A stretch of 64,000 nt of DNA, from the NCBI GenBank assembly GCA_038087875.1, contig JAXLNO010000567.1, positions 1 to 64,000 on the forward strand, given 5' to 3'. The notes under the pieces were generated by a model. The model saw only the letters and a program-made list of their open reading frames with translations, made no database searches and had not been told where the DNA came from. This document shows, in pieces, positions 47,932 to 60,117 of this stretch (positions are counted from its first letter, which is position 1; each line of letters starts with the position of its first letter). A program made the translations under genes and the position numbers. The DNA comes from Malacoraja senta. Taxonomy: Eukaryota.

Positions 47932-50900
47932 CTTATTGATTAGTACGTCTTTGGAGTGTGGGAGGAAAGCGAAGATCTCGGAGAAAACCCACGCAGGTCA
48001 CGGGGAGAACGTGCAAACTCCGTACAGGCAGCGCCCGTAGTCGGGATCGAACCCGGGTCAAGGGGCTGCATTTTGCTGTAAGGCAGCAACTCTACCGCTA
48101 CGCCACCGTGCCATGGTAGACGTGGAGGAGGTCATACAGCCACTGCTGAATCACACTGAGTCCCTTTTAAATCAGAGCTGAGCAAACATCTGGAAGAGCT
48201 CAGATCGTGGGAATTTTGGATGGACGATTATTAATTTTGTTTTTAATTTCTGCCTCCTGCGAGGGTTAGCAGGCATCATTTCCTCGTGGAAAATGAAATT
48301 ACTGGCAATTTCCCCGCAGTGATTCAGGAATGTCTGCGTGGTATTGTTCCCATTAACTCATCCCTCATTATTCCACGGAAGCCGTCTCATCAACTCACTC
48401 CCATCTACAGTCTGTGGGCCAAACCCACGCTTGACCCAGTGGTAACCCGTCCCTCACGGAGCTTACATGCCAGGCAATTGGGCGGCACGGTGGCGCTGCG
48501 GTAGAGTTGCTGCCTTGGAGGCTTTCAACGCCAGGGACCCAGGTTCGATCCCGACTACGGGTGCTGTCTGTACGGAGTTTGTACGTTCTCCCCGTGACCT
48601 GCGTGGGTTGTCTCCCAGATCGTCGGTTCCCCCACACTCCAAAGACGTAGGCTAATTGGCTTTGTATAATTGTAAATTGTCCCTTAGTGTGTGTAGGATA
48701 CTGTTAACGTGCGGAGATCTCTGGTCGGTGCGGACTCAATGGCCGAAGGGCCTGTTTCCCTACTGTATCTCTAAACTAGACTAAACTACAGACACAAGGA
48801 ACTGCAGATGCTGGTTTACAAAAAAAAGATGCAAGTTACTGGAGTAACTCAACAGGTTCGGGTCGGGACCCTTCTTCGATAGACAATAGACAGTAGACAA
48901 TTAGGCCATTTGGCCCTTCGAGCCAGCACCGCCATTCAATGTGATCATGGCTGATCATCCCCAATCAGTACCCCGTTCCTGCCTTCTCCCCATATCCCCT
49001 GACTCCGCTATTTTTAAGAGCCCTATCTAGCTCTCTCTTGAAAGCATCCAGAGAACCGGCCTCCACCGCCCTCTGAGGCAGAGAATTCCACAGACTCACA
49101 ACTCTCTGTGAGAAAAAGTGTTTCCTCGTCTCCATTCGAAATGGCTTACTCCTTATTCTTAAACTGTGGCCCCTGGTTCTGGACTCCCCCAACATCGGGA
49201 ACATGTTTCCTGCCTCTAGCGTGTCCAAGCCCTTAACAAACGTATATGTTTCAACTGATTGTAGTTGGCGGGGAGGGAGGGGGGGGGGGGGGGGAGAGAT
49301 ATCTAGGAGAAAGGTGGGGCGGAACAAATTCTGGCAAGTGATAGGTGGATACGGGTGAGGGGGGGGGGGAGATATCTAGGAGAAAGGTGGGGCGGAACAA
49401 ATTCTGGCAAGTGATAGGTGGATACGGGTGAGGGGGGAGGGGGGGTCAGTTGGGCAGATGGTTGGACAAAGGCCAGGGATGAAAGGACAATCTCACGGTC
49501 ACGTTGGCACAGCGGTAGAGTTGCTGCGTTACAGCAAAATGCAGCGTCGGAGACCAGGGTTCGATCCCGACCACAGGCGCTATCTGTACGGAGTTTGCAC
49601 GTTCGCCCCGTGACCTGCGTGGGGTTTTCTCCCAGATCTTTGGTTTCCCTCCCACACTCCAAAGACGTGCAGGTTTGTAGGTTTTAATTGGCTTTGGTAT
49701 AAATGTAAAAAACTGTCCGGCATAAAATTGCCCAACTTCCAGTCGATTCTTCAGGAGGTACAAAGTACAAACAAAGTTGAGATAAGGATCGAAGAGGCAG
49801 GAAATGTGAAGCCAAGGAATAAGGGTGATCATTTTCCTGTCTTTCTGCAAGGAAACAACACAATTTTTAATTAATATTTTGACTTTATATATCCATGGAA
49901 GTTATTTTTGTTTCGCAATCTTCCTTTGATCAATTTCTTTGTGCCCTTTAACAAAAGCACCATTCTTCTAATCCCTGGACTCACAGTTTTTATTGGCAAC
50001 ATTACAGGTTATTTTTCCTTATGCCTGATACTATCTTTAACTTTTCTTGATACCCATCACAGCACCGTGATCCCTGTGTGATTTCTTTGCCTTGCAGGGA
50101 TATATTCTTTAAATGTTAGTCATTCCTTGCTTCCTCATACCTTTCAATGAGGTTTCACAGTCTACCATTTGTTTTATTCTAACTTAATAGCCGAGTTTCA
50201 GACTGAACTAAATCGGTTTCAATTTTCACTCTAAAACTCTATCATATTGTGGCCTCTGGTTCCTAAAGTCCCTTAACCAACTGAAAATCAAACACAGATG
50301 ACTCTACGAAAAGATGTTAGCTGTATTTAGACAATAGACAATAGACAAGTAGGCCATTCGGCCCTTCGAGCCAGCACCACCATTCAATGTGATCATGGCT
50401 GATCATCCCCAATCAGTACCCCGTTCCTGCCTTCTCCCCATATCCCCTGCCTTCTCCCCATATCCCCATAGCCCCATCTAGCTCTCTCTTGAAAGCATCC
50501 AGAGAACCTACCTCCACCGCCCTCTGAGGCAGAGAATTCCACAGACTCACCACTCTCCGTGAGAAAAAATGTTTCCTGGTCTCTGTTCTAAATGGCTTAC
50601 CCCTTATTCTTAAACTGTGGCCCCTGGTTCTGGACTCCCCCAACATCGGTAACATGTTTCCTGCCTCTAGAGTGTCCAAACCCTTAACAATCTTATATGT
50701 TTCAATGAGATGCCCTCTCATCCTTCTAAACTCCAGAGTGCACAAGCCCAGCCACTCCATTCTCTCAGCATATGACAGTCCCGCCATCCCGGGAATTAAC
50801 CTTGTAAACCTACGCTGCACTCCCTCAATCGCAAGAACGTCCTTCCTCAAATTAGGGGGCCAAAACTGCACACAGTTTTTTAGATTGGCGTCTTTCTTTA

Positions 50901-51435
50901 GATTGGTTGAGTTTAGTTTAGAGATACAGCGCGGAAACAGGCCTTCGGCCCACCGAGTCCGTGCCGGCCAGCAATCCCCGCTCATTAACACATTAGGGAT
51001 AATTTACATTTACCAAGCCAATTAGCCTACAAACCTGTGCGTCTTTGGAATGCGGGAGCAGACCGAAGATCTCGGAGAAAACTCACGCAGGTCACGGGAG
51101 AACGTACAAACTCTGTACAGACAGCACCCATAGTCGGGATCGAACCGGGGTCCACTGGTGATGTAAGGCAGCAACTCTACCGCTGCACCACTGTGCCATC
51201 CTAAAATGGGTGATTGCTGGTCGGTGCGGGCTGAAGGGCCTGTTTGCATGCCGTATCTCTGATAGGGGCTAGATTCAGTTTCAGATTCAGAGTTTCAGAT
51301 GCACAATAACAAAGCCACCTTTTACCAGGCACATATTCTAGAAAATTGTGTAAAAGAAAAGGGAGTTAGGGGCTAAAGTGGTTCAGATTCTCAAGAACAA
51401 AATCTTTCTTCTGGCAGGACTTGATTTTAAAATCA

Positions 51436-51471
51436 AGGTCTGAAGAAGGGTTTCGGCCTGAAACGTTGCCT
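51436..51471 (+). ncRNA. Minimal hammerhead-like motif with a GUU site
   Basis: AGGT-CTGAAGA-A-GGGT(TTCG)GCCT-GAAACGTT-GCCT. Helix I is 4 bp including one GU pair. Confidence 0.45.
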
Positions 51472-52465
51472 ATTTCCTTCGCTCCATAGATGCTGCCTCA
51501 CCCGCCCGAGTTTCTCCAGCACTTTGTCTACCAAGGTATTTTAAATAGTATGTTGGCTGCTTTCCCGAGGCAGCGTGAAGTGTAGATGGAGGCAATTGAA
51601 GGCGGGGGTTTGGTTTATGTGTGATGGACTGGGCTGCATTCACAACTCTCTGTAATTCCCTGCGATCTTGGGCAAGGCTGTTGCCGAACCAAGCAGCGAT
51701 GCCCCTTGATAAGATGCTTTTCTGGTGCATCTGTAGAAGTTGGGAAGAGCTGTTGGAGACATGCCGCACCTCCTGTGTTAATTCTTCAAAAATACTGATC
51801 TAAAGGAGCTCCACCACATATACACCTCATGATATGACTCTGGTGGTTTGCCCAGACTACCCTTTAGTTTCTGAAGAAGCAGTCTTCTACATGTTCCTTG
51901 ATCTCCATTCCCTTGGTCCCATTTTCACACCTGATACTTTCTTATCTGTACACTTCCTTATCCATGTGCCACCCACTCCCCTGACATCAGTCCGAAGAAG
52001 GGTCTCGACCCAAAACGTCACCCACTCCTTCTCTCCAGGGATGCTGCCTGTCCCGCTGAGTTACTCCAGCATTTTGTGTCAGCCTATAGATTAAAATCTC
52101 CCCTGATTATTGTATGCTCCACTTCCCTGATCTATCCCCTGTCCTACATTACTGTTTCTGCTTGGATCCAACTATTGTTTTTTTGCCCCTTATTATTTCT
52201 TAGCTGCAACTAAACAGATTTCGCTTCTTGATTTTCAGAACTATAATCTTTCCCCTCAATTGCTTTAATCTCGTTCTTTGATATCATATCTCTTTTTTCT
52301 AATGAGATTATAACTTTTAAAAGTATACTGGAATCTCTATTTCCCAGCATTGGTCACCATGCGTAATGATATTAAATCATATCGATTCATGTCTTCCTGA
52401 GCTGTAATCACTTCTCATGTAATGAATCTTCCCGACTTTCCCACCCCCGACACTAGTCTAGTTTA

Positions 52466-52866
52466 GACAAAACTGCTGGAGAAACTCAGCGGGTGAGGCA
52501 GCATCTATGGAGCGAAGGAAATAGGCAACGTTTTCGGGCCGAAACCCTTCTTCAGACTGACCGGAAACGTTGCCTATTTCCTTCGCTCCATAGATGCTGC
52601 CTCACCCGCTGAGTTTCTCCAGCATTTTTGTCTCCCACAGTACTAGATTAACTTGGGTGCAGCAGCATCTATGGAGCGAAGGAAATAGGCAACGTTTTGG
52701 GACGAAACCCTTCCGGGTTTCGGCCCGAAACGTTGCCTATTTCCTTCAGGGTTTCGGCCCGAAACGTTGCCTATTTCCTTCGCTCCATAGATGCTGCCTC
52801 ACCCGCTGAGTTTCTCCAGCACTTTTGTCTACCTTCGATTTTCCAGCATCTGCAGTTCCTTCTTAA
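52466..52866. mobile_element. Composite fold-back PLE-derived element with two 34-bp units (52714-52781)
   Basis: 16-bp direct repeat ACACTAGTCTAGTTTA at 52450-52465 and 52867-52882. Confidence 0.8.
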
Positions 52867-53493
52867 ACACTAGTCTAGTTTAATTTAGTTTCAAGATTCA
52901 AGATTGAAGAGATATTTATATTCACATGTACTAATTGGTGCAGTGAAATTTGGGGCCAGACGAATAAAAAATGGACAAAACACGATAGTATTTTAACGTA
53001 AACATGTATTTTAACATAAACAAGTTTAGAGATACAGCGCGGAAATAGGCCCTTTGACCCACCGAGTCCGCGCTGACCAGCGATCCCCACACACCAGCAG
53101 TTACTCCAGCATTTTGTGTCTATCTTCAGTGTAAACCAGCATCTGCAGTTCCTTCCTACACATTGAATACATTTAGTTTGGTCACAAATAATTATCGTTA
53201 AATTCACCCACGGTAGAACACATTATTCCCACTGGATCATCAAACCTTTACTTAGACCCCAAATACACACATATTTAAATGTACACAAATCCTATTTAGG
53301 CTGGTCATCTAGAAATATATTTTTTAAAACTGCAGATGCTGGAAAACTGAGGTAAAAACAGAAAATGCCGGAAACAATACGATACGATACGATACGATAG
53401 ATACATAGATACATAGAAAATAGGTGCAGGAGTAGGCCATTCGGCCCTTCGAGCCTGCACCGCCATTCAATATGATCATGGCTGATCATCCAA

Positions 53494-53693
53494 NNNNNNN
53501 NNNNNNNNNNNNNNNNNNNNNNNNNNNNNNNNNNNNNNNNNNNNNNNNNNNNNNNNNNNNNNNNNNNNNNNNNNNNNNNNNNNNNNNNNNNNNNNNNNNN
53601 NNNNNNNNNNNNNNNNNNNNNNNNNNNNNNNNNNNNNNNNNNNNNNNNNNNNNNNNNNNNNNNNNNNNNNNNNNNNNNNNNNNNNNNNNNNNN
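53494..53693. other. Assembly gap of 200 N
   Basis: A run of N joining a CR1 tail to a (TC)n array. Confidence 1.
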
Positions 53694-54036
<343 letters not shown>

Positions 54037-54038
<2 letters not shown>

Positions 54039-55234
54039 GCCAGACACGGGTTGCCTGTTACATTGTACTCCGACAATGGGCCACAGTTTGTTTCTGAGAC
54101 GTTTGCTGAACACATGAGAATCATCATCACGAGGTGACTCCGAAATGGCCACAAGCTAACGGAGAAGTAGAGAGACAAAACCAGTCCATAGAGAAGAGTA
54201 TACGAATCACCCATGCCCAAGGGAAAAACTGGAAGGAGGCATACGGAGCTGTATATCGGGTGATCACTCACTCAACGGCAGGGAAAAGACCAGCAGAAGC
54301 TTTGTTTGGAAGGAAAATCTGCACTAAAATACCACAACTGTGAGAGATGACGGAAGACCAGGAGCAGAGCGACTGTGGTGCCGAAAAGAAAGGTATTCCA
54401 ACTTGAAACGAGGAGCGAGGCACTCTGAAATAATTCCTGGGGATGATGTTCTGGTGAGGCGAGATGATGGCGGTAAGATAGCCACTCCTTACCATTGCCC
54501 AACCATACAACGTTGTATCGAGGAGCAGCAGCATGGTGACAGTCAAGCCTCCAGAAGGTGTTATCTACAAGAGGAATGTATCGAGCGTCACAAACTACAT
54601 GCCCAGGGACACACAAAACGAGGTTGGCCCAAAATCCACTGATTCAGAGGGGGCAGACGACATTTCCGCGGTGGTGACCAGAGTTCCGGAGGCAGCGCTG
54701 GTGGTGAGAAGAGAAGGTGTCTGGGCGACAACACTTTGACAGATTCAACAGGCTCTGATGCTCCTGTGACCAAAATGTGAAAGGAGAGTTCCCAAAGCGA
54801 CGCGACGATTTTGTGTTATAGATTATGACACTGTTTAGTATGACACTGTTTATTATGAGCAAGGAGTTTGTTAAGGTTACAAGTGTAAAAAGTTGCATTT
54901 GTTTCGTAGTTGTAATGCATCTGTTTCGTGAGTTATTGGAACACAAATGAAAATACCAATAAGTTTTGTAAGAATTTAATTGGAAGGTATATTAGGAAGA
55001 ACACATATTAATTTAAAAGTTTAATTCTGGTAAAGGAGGGATGTCATGACAATGATATGCAAATATCATGACCTTTGTATCAGATGACTTGGAGGTCAGA
55101 TTGCATGTGCACTGTGTAAGTCAAGGCAGGAGGCCATGGCTGAGTGAGATAATAAACTCAGAGACCAAGGAATGTAACCTGCAAATATTGTGTCAGTATT
55201 ATTAATATTCCACATCTGAGGCCAAGATGTGACA
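54037..55234 (+). mobile_element. Degenerate Gypsy LTR retrotransposon 3' part: integrase, polypurine tract and 3' LTR
   Basis: Frameshifted integrase motifs GLPVTLYSDNGPQF, PQANGEVERQN and PAEALFGR. The PPT AAAGGAGGGA (55032-55041) precedes an LTR TGTCA...TGACA (55042-55234) containing AATAAA. Confidence 0.85.
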
Positions 55235-55271
55235 GCGATGATCTGGGAGTTAATACTTATCCTCTAATTAT

Positions 55272-55421
55272 CACTCTAACACTCTAACACTCTAACACTC
55301 TAACACTCTAACACTCTAACACTCTAACACTCTAACACTCTAACACACACACACACACACACAGACACACACCTAGACACATACAGACTCACACACACAT
55401 ACACACACACCCACACACCTA

Positions 55422-55517
<96 letters not shown>
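55272..55517. repeat. (ACACTCTA)n followed by (CA)n
   Basis: Direct reading. Confidence 0.95.
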
Positions 55518-55518
<1 letters not shown>

Positions 55519-56220
55519 CGGGGGGTGGAATGCATCCTTAGCATGGATGGGGAGATAGTTGTTTAATCGGATATTAGATATTGAAGAATATTTGTTTGAA
55601 ACAGAGAAACATAAAAAAAGTCGCCCCTTCAAGCCAGCACCGCCATTCAATATGATCATGGCTGAACATCCAGAATCAGTACCCCGTTCCTGCTTTCTCC
55701 CCATATCGCTTGATTCCGTTAGCCCTAAGAGCTAAATCTAACTCTCTCTTGAAAGCATCCAGTGAATTGGCCTCCACTGCCTTCTGTGGTAGAGAATTCC
55801 ACAGATTCACAACTCTCTGGGTGAAAAAGTTTTTCCTCATCTCAGTCCTAAATGGCCTACCCCTTAATTCTTAAACTAACTTGTATCATGTTGGTGGGTT
55901 TTATTTTGAATTATTTCATACAGTGCATATTATTGTAAATAACTGAATAATTTATTTTTGGTTAAATAAAAAGTGAGTGAGGCGGGCGCTTGCGAGACCA
56001 ACGTCCGGAAACGTTCATTTTCCACTTGGTTGCAGTTGGCAAGCTTATCGTGCAACAAATTAGTGGAGCTACAGTTTACAATGGGGTAGATGTTATGCTT
56101 GGGTAAAAGAAAATATCTGGAGATTTTATCTGAAACATTTGTTTCTGTTCCATCAGATCCTAATCCTTCTCTGGCTTCAGCTGGATTGCCAGCGCCTGCT
56201 GGAGTTGCCCTGGATGCTTA

Positions 56221-56611
56221 AGCCCCTGTCCCACTTAGGAGACCTAACCAGCAACCTCTGGTGACCTTGCCTGCCACCCAAAATAAAATCAAGGTCGAGG
56301 TGACCTGCAACCTCCTACCACCTCCCGCGCACATGTTGAAAACCTTCCTCCACTATGAAGAAAACCGGCTTCGACTAGACCTGCGACTAAAAAAATGATC
56401 GATGTTTAAAACGGCAACCTATTTTTAGACGAGGCCAGTTTTAATCAAGATGAAAAAATAGCAGCAACCTGGATGAAGCCTCGACCACGCGGAAACCACT
56501 TTCGACCATTAGTGGGAGTGACCAAAACCTCCGGTGACCTCATGGAAACCTTGGGTGGCGGGCAAGGTCACCAGAGGTTGCTGTTTGGGTCTCCTAAGTG
56601 GGACAGGGGCT
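56221..56611. mobile_element. Harbinger-type MITE, third family
   Basis: About 60-bp TIRs, AGCCCCTGTCCCACTTAGGAGACC / GGTCTCCTAAGTGGGACAGGGGCT. Confidence 0.7.
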
Positions 56612-57070
56612 GAATGAATGATTGAGATTATTGGCCAGGTATTGTTCACATACAAGGAATTGTTGCCCTTGGTGCCCCGCCAACCGATCATTCACCCAGC
56701 CAGTGAATGCGGAGCAGAAGTATAGACAGCCAACTATGTCATCTCTGGGTGCCCACTCTACCACCCACCACATGGAGCTGTGTCAGGGCCTGGCAGACAT
56801 TGATGCCAACAGAGACAACAACCTGGCTTGAGATCGAACTATTCCTTTGGTTTAGGTTTCATTCGCAAGAAAAAGAAAATCCGAGTCGGTCAACGAATTG
56901 CCGTCGGGAATTTGTCCCGTACTTTGACCTTTTGTCCACTGTTTGGGATTGAGGAAAGTTGACAAACCTATCCATATATCTATCCAAAAGTCTCTGAAAT
57001 GGCACTATCGTATCTGCCTCCACCACCACCCCTGGCAGCGCGTTCCAGGCACCCACCACCCTCTGCCCAC

Positions 57071-57751
57071 ACATCTCAAAACATCATTTTTTCACCTCCG
57101 CAACATTGCAAAAATCAGATCCTCTCTCACACCCCCCGCTGCTGAAAGACTCATCCATGCCTTCATCTCCTCCCGACTGGACTACTGTAACTCTCTTCTT
57201 TTCGGAATCAATTCCAGCAGCATCAACCGACTCCAACTGGTCCAAAATGCAGCCGCCCGACTCATCACCCACACCAAATCCTGGCACCACATCACCCCAG
57301 TTCTCAAAGAACTTCACTGGCTTCCCATTTCCCACCGGATCACCTACAAAATCCTGGTCCTCACCTACAAAGCCCTCAACAACCTGGCCCCTCCTTATCT
57401 CATTGACCTCCTCTCCACCTACCAACCCTCACGGTCCCTCAGATCCACATCAGCTGGTCTCCTCTCCACTCCGAAATCAAACCTCAGCACTTTTGGAGAC
57501 AGAGCCTTCTCCAGGGCAGCTCCAGGCTCTGGAATTCCCTCCCACAACCGGTCTGAAATTCTGAGTCCCTCACCATCTTCCAGTCCCGCCTCAAGACCCA
57601 TCTCTTCACCTCTGCATACCCTTAGTCCCATGTCCCCCTCCCCTTTGTCTTACTGCTCTATTTTGTTTTGTTTATTCCTGACTCTCAATTGTAAAGCGAC
57701 TTTGAATCCTGAAAAGCGCTATATAAATAAAATCTATTATTATTATTATTA
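57071..57751 (+). mobile_element. L2-clade LINE 3' fragment
   Basis: FHLRNIAKIR...LIHAFISSRLDYCNSLL...LQLVQNAAARL...HITPVLKELHWLP. The tail is TGTAAAGCG...GCGCTATATAAATAAA followed by (TAT)n. Confidence 0.9.
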
Positions 57752-57865
57752 TCTCCTTTAAACTTTGCCCCTCTCAATTTAAAGCTGTGCCTTCTAGTAT
57801 TTGATACTTCCAACCTGAGGAAAAGCTTCTGATTGTCCACCTTATCTGTGCCTCTGTTGAAGACA

Positions 57866-58452
57866 GAACTGCAGATGCTGGAAAAATCGAAGGTAAGACA
57901 AAAACGCTGGAGGAACTCAGCGGGTGAGGCAGCATCTATGGAGAGAAGGAATAGGTGACGTTTCGAGACATCATTTTATATCCAAGCGTAGGCTTGGCGA
58001 TCGCTTCGCCCAACACCTCCACTCGGTTCGCAATAACCAACCTGACCTCCCGGTGGCTCAGCACTTCAACTCCCCCTCCCATTCCCAATCCGACCTTTCT
58101 GTCCTGGGCCTCCTCCATGGCCAGAGTGAGTCCCACCGTAAATTGGAGGAGCAGCACCTCATATTTCGCTTGGGTAGTTTACACCCCAGCGGTATCAACA
58201 TTGACTTCTCCAATTTCAGGTAGTCCTTGCTTTCTCCCTCCTTCCCCTCCCCTTCCCAGCTCTCCCACACAGCCCATTGTCTGTCTCCGCATCTTCCTTT
58301 CTTCTTCCCCCCCCCCACCACCCCCACATCAGTCTGAAGAAGGGTCTCGACCTGAAACGTCACCTATTCCTTCGCTCCATAGATGCTGCCTCACCCGCTG
58401 ATTTTCTCCAGCATTTTTATCTACCGTCGATTTTTCCCAGCATCTGCAGTTC
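57866..58452 (+). mobile_element. 5'-truncated Penelope-like element: inverted terminal-repeat piece, GIY-YIG C-terminus, 3' UTR and terminal repeat
   Basis: The ORF segment KRRLGDRFAQHLHSVRNNQPDLPVAQHFNSPSH...RKLEEQHLIFRLGSLHPSGIN resembles the tail of a PLE GIY-YIG endonuclease. Oppositely oriented copies of the same ~110-bp repeat flank it. Confidence 0.85.
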
Positions 58453-59890
58453 TCTCTGAAACATTTCATATCCATCTATCAGTTTCACATCTTGGAGCAA
58501 ATGACCATATGATCATAAGCTACAGGCAATTTTAATCTTGCTGGACGATGATCTATGGACTTGCCTGAGTTACGATAACTGTATACCAATCGCAGAAACA
58601 TTGGGAGAATTTTTAAAATATGTTAAATATCTGAAAAGGTATATAATCATATTTGGAAGACTAATGGATCTTCCAACAGTATGATACAAAGGCTATTGAC
58701 CTTTAGTTATAATTATTTAAAATGAGAATATAATGTTCCGGCATGAATCATCGTATAAATCTTGCTGCGTATCTTGAATAACAATATTACTTTCCAGCAT
58801 AAGTAGTTCAGGAAGCATTTATTGTCACAGCGTTGAAAGTGGTGCCCTGCCTTGGATTTTTTCAATCTTCCTTCCCCTTCCCACTCGGCCCATCTTCTCC
58901 TTCGAGCCAACTCCTCTTACTGGGTAGACACAAAATGCCGGAGTAACTCAGCGGGACAAGCAGCATCTCTGGAGAGAAGGAATGGGCGAAGGGTCTCGAC
59001 CCGAAACATCGCCCATTCCTTCTCTCCAGAGACGCCGCGTCACCCACTGAGTTACTCCAGCATTTTGTGTCTTCCTTCGATTTAAACCAGCATCCACAGT
59101 TCTTTGTTGGTACTGGATAGAGATTTTTTTTTTCTTTCAGCATGAGTGTTCAAATATTGCCATGAACTCCTCCAGGTCTCCGACCATCTCAGGACCCCTC
59201 CATTCGCTCCTCATGGCCTCTTGTCCACCATCATGGTGGAAGTTCCTCATATTCCCCCCTGGCTAGCTTCCAACCTAACAACGAGAGGCGAGGGATTGCA
59301 GATGCTGGAATCTTGCGTAGAACACAAAGAAGTGTCTGAAGAAGGGTCTCGACCCGAAACGTCACCCCGTCCTTTTTCTCCAGAGATGCTGCCTGGCCGG
59401 CTGAGTTCATGCGTTCGTAGGTTCTCGCAGCAGGATTGGGCCATTCGGCCCATCCAGTCTACTCCGCCATTCAATCATGGCTCATCTATCTTTTCCTCTC
59501 AACTTACAATTCTTCTCTTACTGCTTCTTCCCCCTCCCTACACCGCACACACACTGGGACAATGGGGAGAGCGAGACATTCAGGAATTTGCCCGGGCCCT
59601 CGGCCAAAGTTGATTTTGTCCGTAGGCCAGAAGATACACAAAAAATCACTTTTCTGGCAAGTTCGTAAGTTCTTAAGTTCGTAAATGATAGGAACAGAAT
59701 TAGGCCATTCGGCCCATCAGGTCCGCATCGCCATTCAATGACGGCTGATCTATCTTTCCCTCTCAACCCCATTCTCCTGCCTTCTCCCCATAACCCCAGA
59801 CACCCGTACTAATCAAGAATCTATCACCCGTACTAATCAAGAATCGGGGGAGTCCAGAACCAGGGGCCACAGTTTAAGAATAAGGGGTAA

Positions 59891-60117
59891 TGTAGCGGCA
59901 CCTTCTGGCGCACGCAGATATCGAGCCCGGCGTTCGGAAGCTGCGGTCACGTGACTCAGGAGGGGCTGCTGTTTACGCGCGGTTTCGCTTTTGCGCCACA
60001 GTTGTTTTGCTGACCACCGTTGTGATCGGACGTGTTTGCAGAGACCTGTTTGCTAAGGAGCGAATGTTCAATAAAAACAGTTCCGAAAACGTGGTTGTCC
60101 TTTCTCCATCCGCTAAA
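59891..60117 (+). mobile_element. Probable solo LTR
   Basis: Termini TGTAGCGG...CCGCTAAA, internal AATAAA and 4-bp flanks GTAA/GTAG. It splits a CR1. Confidence 0.6.

Noticed and set aside
49710..50330. AT-rich unique-looking region as a possible gene
   Set aside because: The minus strand gives LGTRGHNMIEF, similar to the CR1 endonuclease SDHN motif, amid many stops. It is most likely an old CR1.
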